Of a stretch of 64,000 nucleotides of DNA, positions 13,527-26,265 are shown piece by piece. Within the stretch, counting starts at the first letter, position 1, and the number at the start of each line of letters is the position of its first letter. Location: positions 12,400,001 to 12,464,000 of the forward strand of contig OX597834.1 in NCBI GenBank assembly GCA_951406725.2. Direction: 5' to 3'. Made by a program: the position numbers and the translations under genes. Source of the stretch: Octopus vulgaris. Lineage: Eukaryota. Below the pieces are notes generated by a model that ran no database searches, had not been told where the DNA came from, and was given only the letters and a program-made list of their open reading frames with translations.

Positions 13527-13905
13527 ATAATGTACATGTATGTATATATATAATGCATATGTATGTATGTATGTATATATATATATATATAATGCATATG
13601 TATGTATATATATATATATATATATAATGCATATGTATGTATATATATATATATATATATATATAATGCATATGTATATATATATATATATAATGCATAT
13701 GTATGTATATATATAATGCATATGTATGTATATATATAATGCATATGTATGTATATATATATATATATAATGCATATGTATGTATATATATATAATGCAT
13801 ATGTATGTATATATATATATATAATAATGCATATGTATGTATATATATATATAATGCATATATATATATATATATATATATAATGCATATGTATGTATAT
13901 ATATA
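13527..13905. repeat. Compound minisatellite (TA)n-ATGCATATGTATG
   Basis: Repeated taatgcatatgtatg units separated by variable TA runs. Confidence 0.9.
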
Positions 13906-14245
13906 TACATAAATATGCATTTATATATGTATATATATATATGCATTTATATATGTATATATATATATATATATATAAATATGTATGTATATTAGTGTGT
14001 TTGTCCGTATATATGCATATATGTACACATAGTTACATGCATATATATACCTATGTATGTAAATCTTTATATAATTCATACGCATACACATGCATACACA
14101 TTCACAGACGCAAAATCCTACATACGCATATTTGCATTTCATGCATTAAACTTAGAGAAAATATCTTTGACACGCCCCCTCTCGTGTCCTCATTTCATTA
14201 AGAGAATGTTTGTTGTGTACATGTATAGATACATGTATGCATATG

Positions 14246-14279
<34 letters not shown>

Positions 14280-14926
14280 CTGGCTTAAAAGTCGTCCCAC
14301 GGGGCGGCCTAATATTAAATTTGACCAATATTTTTAAAGCAATGAACAATTTTCGTCAAACAATGATAAAATATGTGGACTTGGGAATTATGCCAAAGTT
14401 TCATGATAAACAATTTTTTTCTTCCCATTCGGGGATCAGTACAATATTTTTTTGTCTAACCTCTTTTCTCTCTACTTCTCTCTTTCTGTTGATTGCTTTC
14501 AACCATCACCAGTATCACCACCATCGCCACTACAACTGCCATTCGCACAACATACACATTTCTCATGCCTCCACCATCAATACATTTGACTTCGCCACTT
14601 TCTCCTCCAACATCATCACCACTGTCTTTCACATCCCTTATTATCACCGTCACGTTTGACCGCCTCAGCTACCATCACAACCAGTCACCACCATCGTCTT
14701 GGCCTCCCCAGCAAGAGGAGTAGAAGAAGTATCATTCAGAGAGGCGGGCGGGGTTAAAGTGTGACACACTGACACACAGAATTTCATCTTGGCACTTATG
14801 ATCTATATATATATATATACATACATAGAGAGAAAGGTTCATAGATACATAGGTAGACACACACATATATATATATATATATATACACATAGAGAGAGAG
14901 AAAGATTCATAGATACATAGGTAGAC

Positions 14927-14977
<51 letters not shown>

Positions 14978-15052
14978 TATATAGATATAGATTCATAGGT
15001 AGACATATCTAGATATACATACATATATTATATATATATATATGCACAAACA

Positions 15053-15102
<50 letters not shown>

Positions 15103-15873
15103 TGTCCATATTCTATATATGTATGTGTGTGTATAGGCGTACACATATATTTACAAATACGTGTAAACGTATATACCTGCACATATAGGTTTTAATTATT
15201 TATTTGAAGTATTACTAAGAGGAGTTGTCTGGAATGTTTTCAACAAGTACACCAATGCAACTCTTGTTGTTCATGAAACATATATAATAAGGAATAATGT
15301 CATTGGCCGGATTATGTAATTAATCTGCAAAACGTATCTTCTAGTACTTAACACTTTTGTCCACTATTTTCAAATCTCATATAAATAATAAATAATAGCA
15401 TCTTCACAGCACCGGAATAAACATATATGCTTCATGGAGACACACCTTGGATTATAAGCCCCATCTACACACATACATACTCAGAGAAACACGTACACAC
15501 AACCAACGACTCACACTTATTCACACACACATACACTCACACACACAGAAACATGTATACACTCACAAACACTGATTCACACATACATACACACACTTAT
15601 ACTCTCACACGCACAAACATGCAAGTATATAGACACGCAAGCACATAGACACACATACACATATATATACACATATACACGCATACACATATATATACAT
15701 ATATACGCACACACATATATATACACATATATATACATATATACGCACACATATATATATATATACACACACACATATATACACACATACACAGACACAC
15801 ATATATACACACATACACACATATATATACACACACACACACACACATATATATATACACACACACATATACT

Positions 15874-15908
<35 letters not shown>

Positions 15909-17132
15909 TTATACGACTGGCTTCTTTCAGTTACCATCTACCAAATCTACTCAGATGTCTTCGATTGATCCCAGTCTATATAGAAAGTACTTCTTACCAT
16001 ACATATAGACAGAGAGATAGAAAAGGGTGAGACTGAGAGAACGAGAGAGTGAGAGAGAGTGTGTGTGTGAGAAAGTGATTCAGATAGTGACAGAGTTTAA
16101 AGTGGCAAAGTAGTTTGCTAAAGGAAATGTCTGTTACAGACAAATGCTTTTCAATGTTTTATTTATACCGCTCAAAACGATATAGATCATAAGAAATAAT
16201 ACAATCAATGTTTTGTTAACCTTTAAATTGTATTTCTATATTTTGGGTTTAGCATATCTTCTCATTCGGAGACTTTGTTATCTGACAAAGAAGTCAGCTA
16301 AAAACACTAGTTCTCCGAAAATGTCCTGACGAAGAGAGCCTAACCACGATATATCAAAATACAGGATAAATGTATGAACACGCGTCATAAATGAACAAAA
16401 GAATGAAACCATTTTTATACACATAAATATATATCAGCCTTCCTTTAGTTTTTGTGTACCGAATCTACTTACAGAGTTCTGGTCGGCCCGATGATATAGT
16501 TGAAGACACTTACCCAAGGTGACACGCTGTGGCATTGAACCCGGAGCCAAGTGATCGGGGAAAAGTTTTCATGCCACCCCAGTATGAAAAGACTGGAGCA
16601 ACGTAAAATGCAGCATTTTGCTCGCAAAAGTCAACACGCAGAGGGTCTTGGAATCGAAACCGAGATGTAGCATTCGTGAGTGCAACGCGCTTAACCACTA
16701 TACCACGAGCTTTCACTCATAAGCACACACGGTTTTATACATGACCGTATATACGTTTGTACTTATGGCTTATTCATGTTGAAACGCCGCTCTATCGCTA
16801 ACCATTAACAAATCAATAAGCACAGTAGAATATCTCTGTTAATGTGTTACTAATAACTTAACAGTTGCGAAAGTTAACACCAATTTACAAATTCCCTCGT
16901 ATTCATTTGATCTCGCAAATACATTTTGAATGGCCCTCTTATTTATTCATCTTGCGTAACTCTAAGCCTTTCCTGGCATATAATTGCAAATAATTGGAGA
17001 AATGTGGATTCGCTATCTACGACGTGTTATTAAAATATTGGTGCATATTTGTCTCCGACTTGGTTTTGTACATCTCTTTCGTTCGAAGAAGCTATATTTC
17101 TGGTATCAACTGAATTCTTTGTTCATGAATTA

Positions 17133-17345
17133 TGTTTCTTTACTACCCACAAGGGGGCTAAACATAGAGGGGACAAACAAGGACAGAGAAACGAATTAAG
17201 ACGATTACATCGACCTCAGTGCTTAACTGGTACTTAATTTATCGACCCCGAAAGGATGAAAGGCAAAGTCGACCTCAGAACGTAACGGCAGACGAAATAC
17301 GGCTACGCATTTCGCCCGGCGTGCTAACGTTTCTGCCAGATCGCT
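17133..17345 (-). mobile_element. Family-B SINE with small internal deletion
   Basis: Matches the 26.5-27.4 kb array unit plus head. Confidence 0.85.
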
Positions 17346-17749
17346 ACCTGTATACTTTGTTCATGAATTAGCGTAGAACTTACCGAGCATTTCACAAATG
17401 CATGCACCATTAACAGAATTCAGCATGATACAGTGTGTGAGAAGGCTGCAACGAATAATCTCTCAGTATTTTATACAGATTAAATTTCCCCTGTTATTTA
17501 CCGAGAAAATCGATTAGAACTTTTTCTAATGGAATTTCTCTCTTTCTTCTACCATTAAAACAGCCAGTGGTTTAGAAGCTGTTTTCTGACGGGGTGGGGT
17601 GAGGAAATTTCCATATAGTTGGAGGCTCCTATAGAAAACGGGGACCTGAAATGATCAGGTTGATAAACGCTGGTATAGATTATGCCTAACCGAAAACGAT
17701 CACAGAAACATCATCCAAATAGACCGCGTGAAACCGGGATTAGCTGCTA

Positions 17750-17799
<50 letters not shown>

Positions 17800-17939
17800 A
17801 TATATATATATATATTATAATATTAGGGAGTAAATCCAAACTTACAGGGAAAAATTAGATTTAGGATTAAATCAAATTTCACAGTATAAAGATAAATTAA
17901 ATTAGAGATAAAACCACTATTAGGCAAAAATATACATAT

Positions 17940-18103
17940 ATACGATGGGCTTCTTTCAGTTTCCGTTTACCAAATCCACTCACAAGTCTTTGGTTGACCC
18001 GAGGCTATAGCATAAGACATTTGCCCAAGGCGCCATGCAGTGGGACTGAACCTGGAACCATGTGGTTGGTAAGCAAGCTACTTACCACACAGCCACTCAT
18101 GCG

Positions 18104-18106
<3 letters not shown>
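17940..18106 (-). mobile_element. Family-A SINE, 5' half
   Basis: Matches 9440-9600. Confidence 0.85.
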
Positions 18107-18161
<55 letters not shown>

Positions 18162-18629
18162 CATACAAATAAAGGTCGATAAGCATACTAACAAGTAGAC
18201 GATGGGGTAGTTGGAGGCGCAGCGGCATCAGGAGGAGTAGGAGGAGAGGGAGAACAACAGCAGCAGCAGCCGCATTGGTGGTCGTTTTCGGATGTTCTAG
18301 AATATACCAATTTTTACAAAACTTGTTCTGAAGTTTTAAATTCCAGTCCCTAAGATTTGGGAGTACGAAACCCTTAACAGTCGTCGTTATTATGTACGTT
18401 GCCAAGACATAACTTGAAACCTGAGGAATCAGGCCAATATCTAAATGCATTATAGCAATCACCATGCAACCGTATTAATATGCATAGATCGCTAACACTC
18501 TAAAGCATTGGCAACTAATGCATTTAACAGAGGGTGAGAGGAGAGAGAGACAGATAGAGAGAGCGAGATAGACAGACAGATAAAGAGGGGGGATATTCAA
18601 AAGAGAGATTTGTTGATGTTTTAATCGCG

Positions 18630-18850
18630 CTAGCATAGATTGGCATATTTTGGTCATATTATGAGGAGAAGGACATCATGCTTGGAATGGTCAGCGACAA
18701 GAGAGGAAGAGGCCGACCAAGAACCCGCTGTCTTCACACCATCAAGAGTAATACCGGAATGGACATAGCCAATCTGAAAGAAGCGGCCCAGGATAGAACT
18801 GACTGGAGGACACTGATCCATCGAGTAACCGAGAGTCGACTTCGACTGAG

Positions 18851-18853
<3 letters not shown>
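18630..18853 (+). mobile_element. RTE LINE 3' fragment followed by (TA)n
   Basis: Highly similar to 2700-2932; MLGMVSDKRGRGRPRTR. Confidence 0.9.
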
Positions 18854-18903
<50 letters not shown>

Positions 18904-18904
<1 letters not shown>

Positions 18905-19195
18905 TTCTTAAGCAGATCAGGCCGAAAATATCGCTAGAAGCTAGGATCACCAAGCATAGATTGGCTATGCGGAGAAAATCTCTGGAGAAGGACATCAAGC
19001 TCGGATGGTCAGTGGCAAGAGAGGAAGAGTCCGACCAAGAACCCGCTGGCTTGACACCATCAAGAGTGATACCGTAATGGACATAACCAGTCTGAAAGAA
19101 GCGGCCCAGGGTAGAACTGACTGGAGGACACTGATCCATCGAGTAACCGAGAGTCGACTTCGACTGAGCGGATAGATAGATAGATAGATAGATAG
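18904..19195 (+). mobile_element. RTE LINE 3' fragment with (GATA)n tail
   Basis: Highly similar to 2653-2932. Confidence 0.9.
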
Positions 19196-19199
19196 CATG

Positions 19200-19391
19200 T
19201 ACGAGGCAGTGCAGAAGAGTACCTCCTGGTTTTGGGTAAAAAATAAAATCCAGGAGGATCATTTAATTATGATTTTATTCAACAAATTCTCCTCTCAGAT
19301 TTACACATGTATTTCAGTAGCCCTTGAGATTTTTTGTTATTTTTCTAACCCCTGTAAAAGAACTCGGAACTTTTCAGCCCCCACCCTCGTA
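19200..19391. mobile_element. Mariner-derived MITE
   Basis: Ends TA-CGAGG ... CCTCG-TA, the same terminus as the mariner at 6870. Confidence 0.65.
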
Positions 19392-20198
19392 AATATGTGC
19401 ATCTACGCCATGTTTTGCTTCTGTAAATGATTGGCAATTAAATGAGAAGTACTCATCACATACAAAGGACTTGTGTCAAACATGGGAACGGACATTATTA
19501 TCTTTTATCAGTATAATATAGTGAAGCGCGTGCTCTTAATAGTCATTCTGTTACATCAAATTATGTTTAAATAGACAGCATTAATTGTCTCCAGAGCGTG
19601 AATTTATGGCTACAAATTTGCTTTGCAGTCATGTGGATCAAAGATTTGTTCGTTTCATTGATAAATTCCAGAAGCCAGTAAAACCATAGGCGTATGCAGA
19701 TACAATATTCAGTGTGAGAACATGTTGGCAAAAGTTGTAAGAAAGCCCATCACATATTCATACTTGATTTAGCGGGTTATACATAATAAGGGGCACAATT
19801 CAACAACATCTGGAAGTAAAGAGCCCTTAGGAAATTCGTGTTATAAATAACCGCGGCGAAAATCTTGATATGATGCTCTTGTGATATTTCTCACACTGGC
19901 CAAGCAGACTCTCTCTCTCTCTCTCGCTCTCTCGATCGATCGATCGAAATTTCGGGGTAGTGCGGAAGTCAATTACATCCACCCCAGTGTTCAACCGGTA
20001 TTTATTTTCTCGAACCCGAAATCTTGAAACGCAAAATGAACGTCGGCGTAATTTGAACTCACAGTATAAAAACGGATGAAATGTCGATGAGCATTTTGCC
20101 TCTGGATAGCCTCACCACCTAATGTCAAACCCAGGACACACACACACATAAATGCAAACGCACATAAGTACAAACACAGACACACACACACACATATG

Positions 20199-20253
<55 letters not shown>

Positions 20254-20256
<3 letters not shown>

Positions 20257-20700
20257 TCGCCATATTAATATGGCAGTCTATAAATATAAGACTACAGCTG
20301 TCGCTGATTAGCTCCAAGAGGCCATCGCCTCTAGCTAGCTATATGACACACGAACCGGCGTCCATTACAACCTTCGAACAGGGGAGGTCAGCCGCTTCAC
20401 CTTGCTAGTCAGACATCTGCAGACATGTTTCAAGGTTGTTGCCCTTTATCAATGCAGCGTAGTCAGAACCAGCAGGTGTCGCTACTGACCGTCTGTTCGA
20501 AGATTTTATTTACCTGTTTGAAGGTTATAATGGACGCAGGTTCGGGTGTCATATAGCTAGCTAGAGGCGATGGCCTCTTGGAGCTAATAAGCGACAGCTT
20601 TAGTCTTATATTTATAGACTGCCATATTAGTATGGTGATAACTATTAATATCCAGTAACGCTGCCGTAATCTCCTTTAGAGAGACTTAGAAATTTTAATA
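20254..20700. mobile_element. Fold-back element family H2: about 129-bp inverted arms, central hammerhead, one-sided tail
   Basis: Arms 20254-20382 and 20513-20641; imperfect inner stem; lies between (TA)n tracts. Confidence 0.88.
20417..20457 (-). ncRNA. Minimal type I hammerhead motif, U3-A8 variant
   Basis: Minus strand: CTGCA-TTGATAA-AGGG caacaa CCTT-GAAA-CATG-TC-TGCAG; helix III ACATGT is palindromic. Confidence 0.75.
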
Positions 20701-20711
20701 TTTCCATTATA

Positions 20712-20754
<43 letters not shown>

Positions 20755-21129
20755 TGTTGTGTCTGGGGAGAGTCATTCTCTTTTAGTGCCTTATTATTTG
20801 ACACACTCACCGGTAAAATTTTCACTTATTTCTTTTTTTTTTTCTAAAATTTTCATTGCGTCTTGCAACCTTTTCACTGACCGACACACATGCGCACAAA
20901 CAAACAAACGGGAACGCAGTGTAAATAACGGACAGAGTCAAAACTATTGAAAAGGTTGCAAGATGCAACGAAAATTTTAGAAAATAAAAATAAGAAATAA
21001 GTGGAAATTTTACCGGTGAGCGTGTTAAATTATAAGGCACTAAAAGAGAATAACTCTCCCCAGACACAACAGAATATGCTTCAACACACGAACTCATATA
21101 AAGAATCTTGCAAACCAAATCCAAAAACG

Positions 21130-21133
<4 letters not shown>
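20755..21133. mobile_element. Fold-back element family H3: about 123-bp inverted arms plus about 60-bp tail, within (TA)n
   Basis: Arms 20755-20877 and about 20948-21072; internally deleted copy at 48066-48193; hammerhead-like motif at 20944-20980. Confidence 0.85.
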
Positions 21134-21178
<45 letters not shown>

Positions 21179-21989
21179 GGGGTGTTTGTGTGTGCAAGCG
21201 TTTATGCATACATATTTATATATGAATATATAATGGCTTTTCTTAAACATTATCGATTAAGTTCCCCTGAATACTTCTTTTTATCATGATACTTTTTCGA
21301 GTGAGAAATCGATGAATTCAAATACGTCTGTTGTAACAGTGTTACGGAGTGAAACCAAGAAATTATTGAATTTCAAATTAAGTTATTCAGTGTTCAGGTT
21401 TACGTGGAAGGAGAGCAGACGTTTGAAGGTGAATAATAAAAAGATGAAGGAATCGAGATATTTCTTTCACAGTCCACTCTCTCCACCTGTTTTCAAATAT
21501 TGAGCTCTATTTCTTCAGAAAAGAAATTATCTTTTTACACTGGCATATTACCAAAGTCTTGCTTATTTAAAGTCAAACTAACACATGATGTACACTATAT
21601 ATGTATGGATGTGTGGAATGTAGTCTCTCGTCCGTTAAATACAGTTCTGGAATTTCTTGGAGACCAACCTAAACAGATGATTTATTTAAAGCAATAAAAT
21701 GTATGGAATGTACGTTAGCTCATACCATCCATCAAATCGCCATTGGCTGTGCAGGTCAGGGGTCGATGTTATCTTAAAACAGCGTGAGATGAAGTGTTTT
21801 TTCTCAAGACCAGAATTCAACACCTGGTCCACAATTTAGAAGCACGCGACCGTTGAGTAAGCCAGTCACCCTCATACACACAGACACTCATAGAGACAGA
21901 CACAAATACACTCGGACAAAATCCACATATACAAACACACACTCATATACACACAAGCACACACAGACATTATATATATATATATATAT

Positions 21990-22282
21990 CTGTAAAATAA
22001 TACGTGACAAATATTCGGTAGCCATGATAAAACTTCAAGTTTCGGATGTCGGGGTGAAAACCCACACCACCACCTCTTCAGTTATCCGGCCATCGTAAAA
22101 ATGCTATGAAAAATGACCATTAAACAAAAGGAAATTACTGTGTGATTGACCGTTATTAAGACAAAAGAGCTATCAGAATGTCCGCTAATTGAGGGGAGGG
22201 AGAATGCTTACGCGAATATTATGAATTTTTTTACCCCCTTACTTTTATTCCCTCTCCTCACCTAGCGGTCATTCTGATAGCC
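21990..22282. mobile_element. TA-embedded element with hammerhead and terminal hairpin
   Basis: Bounded by TA runs; gctatcagaatgtccgcta (about 22168) pairs with tagcggtcattctgatagc (ending 22281). Confidence 0.65.
22026..22086 (-). ncRNA. Type I hammerhead motif with extended helix II region
   Basis: Minus strand: GATAA-CTGAAGA-GG(27 nt)CC-GAAA-CTTGAAG-TT-TTATC; canonical core, 5-bp helix I. Confidence 0.7.
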
Positions 22283-22699
22283 TATATATATATATATATC
22301 CTGTTCAGTATTTGACGAAAGAAAGGTTATCTTTATATAGATTTGATTTGGTGGATATCTTCGAGAATGCATTGGGAATAGACAGAGAGACAAAGAATTT
22401 CATATGTAAAGATTAACCAAACAGAATTTTTAAGAACTGCTAATTTAATGGAAATTGCTACAATAATTATTATAGATAAATTTCTTAATATACATATTAA
22501 ACACATGTATTAAATACATAGCGAGATAGATAGACAGCTACTTAGATACATATAAATATATAATTATAAACAAGGGCAAAAGAAAGAAGATTTCTATGTC
22601 AATATGCTGAGAATAGACTTTAAATCGTTAGACACCACATTACAATATACATTCACCATGAATACACGTCGTGCTGAAATCGAAGAAGGCAAGCTAACA

Positions 22700-22748
<49 letters not shown>

Positions 22749-23159
22749 TATTATTTGAGGGAATAAAATCAAAACTTACCTATTATATACGTTATTATTA
22801 TTTTTTTGCAATTTACTTAATCTTTGACATTTTATTATTTCAATTTAAATTTTTCTATAATATGTAATTTTCTAGATGGTGCTATTTAATTGCTCATCTT
22901 GAATTGATAAAAGGTGGTTTTTTTTCTAATTTTATATATATATACACACAAACATACACATATATGTATACATACATAGATACGCACATATGTATATGTA
23001 CGTGTGTGTGTACGTCAATGAGAATAATGTTGACGTCATAAGTATTATATAAACTTTCGACAGAACGTGAAATCATTGATCTTTTGATATGGGAAACGTA
23101 AGTTCAATACTTCTTATCTGTAGATTCGTCACTTCCGTTCTCGTCAGTATTTATAAGCC

Positions 23160-23760
23160 TAAGAATCGTTAGCATGCTGGGCGAAATGCTTAGCGAATTT
23201 TCACACATCGCTGAGTTCCGAATTAAAATTCCGCCGAGGTCGACATTGCCTTTCATCCTTTGGCGTCGATAAATTAAGTACCAGTTGCGTACTGAGGTTG
23301 ATGTAATCTACAGCCTCCCTTTCCCCGAAATTTCAGGCCTTGTGGCAATATTAGAAAGGATTATTTATAAACCTATAGCAGAATCGTTAGCACACCGGGC
23401 GAAATGATTAGCAGTAGTTCAGCAGCCGCTACGTTCTGAGTTCAAATTCCGCCGAGGTCGACTTTGCCTGTCGATTAAATAAGTTCCAGTTACGCACTGG
23501 GGTCGATGTAATCGACTTAATCCGTGTGTCTGCCCTTGTTTGTCCCGTCTGTATTTAGCCCCTTGTGGGTAGTAAAGAAATAGGTATTTCACCCATCGCT
23601 ACATTCTGAGTTCAAATTCTGCTAGGGTCGACTTCGTCTTTTATCCTTTTGGGGTCGATAAATTAAGTACCAGTTTAACACGTGGATTAATGTAATCGAT
23701 TAGTCCCTCTACTCTAGAATTTCAGGCCTTTTGCGTATAGTAGAAAGTATTATTGATAAT
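23160..23760 (+). mobile_element. Cluster/tandem of three family-B SINE units
   Basis: Three successive gagttc..ggtcgac..cagtt cores. Confidence 0.8.
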
Positions 23761-23922
23761 CCTAAACATTTCCGTATGTAGATTTTCGATCAAACTCTCA
23801 GTCACCACACTTCGAAACATTGGAGAGCATAATTGATGCGAACTGAGAGCCTATAGAATTAGTCAATATACCTAGAAATTCTATGCATAACAGTATAGAA
23901 TCTTTCTATGTTTTTCAAAACG

Positions 23923-23955
<33 letters not shown>

Positions 23956-24874
23956 CGAGCGAGCGCAAGAAAAAATGTTCGAGAGACAACCGATGTTTAC
24001 ATACCGGTAAATTAGCGTTTCGGCATATGGGGCCGATAAATAAAAACCAGGTTTACAAGGAATGAGTACCAGGCTTAAAAGTCCTGAGGACGACTTGTTC
24101 GACTTAAGGCGGTGCTGAAGCATGGCCGCAGTCAAATGACTGAAACAGTTAAAAGAATTTGACAGGATTAATATAGGACTTTTGTACCAGAGAAACAGGG
24201 AGCTCTCGTGTGTGTTGGTACCAAAAGGGTTTGTCTTATCCCAAACACGACTCAAATTTCCGCAAAAGATCCTTTTGTTTCATCAGAAAGCTCAGATGGC
24301 ATGAGGTGAATAAAGCGCGTAAATATGTGGGTTTCTATTTAGAGAAAAATATATATATAAAAAAATATAAAACCATTCCTCGATGTGAAGAAGTTCACGC
24401 TGCAGTGAACATCTATCAGTTTTGCTCGCATTTGGTGTCATGTGAGGCGTATAATTACCAAAATCCTTTGACGTTTTAATGCTGTCACTGATCAAGTGTT
24501 ACATATGTATCACGTGACGTGGGATATCGATAAAATCATTTCCTTTCCTGGTATAGATTTCAAACTACAGGAAAGGACTTAACATCCCAGTGACACACAG
24601 AGAGGAAAAAAAAATTACGGTTAAATCTGGATCAATAAATATCTAAGAATGTCTGTCCTCATTTAGTCCAACAGATGCTGTCTGTGAGGAGGAGAAAACA
24701 GTACCAAATGCAGTGAGTATAATCATAGAAGGTATGATTAGATACAGGAACACGTGCGTGCTGACACACATACACACACATCCATATACTAACACACAAA
24801 TTACAGTTCAATATAAAATTGGCTATATTCACATCTTGACATAAAAGCAAACATCGATATATATATATATATAT

Positions 24875-24946
24875 AATTTAATAAACAAAATATATGCATA
24901 CATACATACATATATGTACGTACCTACATCTACATGTATATATACA

Positions 24947-24994
<48 letters not shown>

Positions 24995-25063
24995 ATTTAA
25001 TAAACAAAATATATGCATACCTACATATATGTACGTACCTATATCTACATGTATATATATACA

Positions 25064-25111
<48 letters not shown>

Positions 25112-25176
25112 AATAAACAAAATATATGCATACCTACATATATGTACGTACCTATATCTACATGTATATATATACA

Positions 25177-25222
<46 letters not shown>
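24875..25222. repeat. Three tandem units of about 115 bp (75-bp core plus TA run)
   Basis: aatttaataaacaaaatatatgcatac... starts at 24875, 24994 and 25106. Confidence 0.9.
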
Positions 25223-25226
<4 letters not shown>

Positions 25227-25676
25227 TACAGGACACCACAAATAAACGTAGAACTCAACGAGAAACGAAAACATAAAAATAAACTAGGAAACGGAATTTG
25301 TTTTAAGAACGAAACAACAGAGTACAAGACAAACAATACAAGGAATATTCCCTCCATCAGCTGTCCCTGGTTCGACTCAATGCGTGTTTCGAAGGTAAGG
25401 ACAGAACACGATCCATCGACCCAGTCCTTCCTGCAAAAGAATTAAATAAAATTCCTCTGCAGAAGGGTAAAAACAAGGAAAGAAAAAAATGTGACAAGAG
25501 CAGGACGTAAAAGCAATACAAATAAAAATACAAATACAAGGGGAATATTCCTTGTATTGTTTGTCTTGTATGTCTTGTATGCTGTTTTTTTTCGTTGTTA
25601 AAAAAAACCCGTTTCCTAGTTTGTTTTTATGTTTTTGTTTCTCGTTGAGTTCTATGTTTATTTGTGGTGTCCTGTA

Positions 25677-25681
<5 letters not shown>
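25223..25681. mobile_element. Fold-back element with about 125-140-bp inverted arms in (TA)n
   Basis: atgagtacaggacacc...gaatattccc (to about 25347) versus gggaatattcc...cctgtactcat (about 25541-25681); partial inverted copy at 36275-36437. Confidence 0.85.
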
Positions 25682-25740
<59 letters not shown>

Positions 25741-25889
25741 AGGTGCATGACCCAGTGTTTAGGGTTTTGCACTCACGATTGCGAGATCATTGTTTCGACA
25801 TTTGATCAGTAAGGAAAAATCATCTTTGTGGCTGTTCGGCAATAAATTGCTAAACATTCATACGTTGTCTAACGACGGGAGAGTTGATG

Positions 25890-25947
<58 letters not shown>

Positions 25948-26265
25948 CAGAATTCTGGTATAAGAATAATAAATTTGTACTCTACAAACGTATAGGGTAA
26001 CCCAGTAGATAAATAACTTTGGGTATTATAACTGGACAGAAAAATAAATATTAATATACATGTATTGATCTGCTGTCTGTCAGATGAGTGATATATAAGA
26101 TTCCCTTGAATGCAGTTATTTTTCATCTCCAAAGTATTAAATTGTAAAGCAGTATTCCTAGATAGCACAAATTATACAGGTTTAATAAATTTTTTTTAAA
26201 TTAGAAAATATCTAAATAAGAAATATGTGCTTGCGTATGCATGTCATAATATACGTAGCTGATAT

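Noticed and set aside
9931-15937. Many YI/HT/CV-rich ORFs (also at 37.5-40.8, 46 and 59 kb)
   Set aside because: Translations of (TA)n, (CA)n and (TATC)n microsatellites.
17565-17672. hAT-like MITE remnant (CAGTGGTTT...AAACGCTG)
   Set aside because: TIRs too degenerate and no TSD found.
24508-24522. Overlapping E-box/CRE-like TCACGTGACGTG
   Set aside because: Isolated short motif without supporting promoter context.
25340-25392. Possible type II hammerhead on - (GAAAC..GTC..CTGATGG; CTGAAGA in the 36.3-kb copy)
   Set aside because: Helix I cannot be paired and the core is not intact in both copies.
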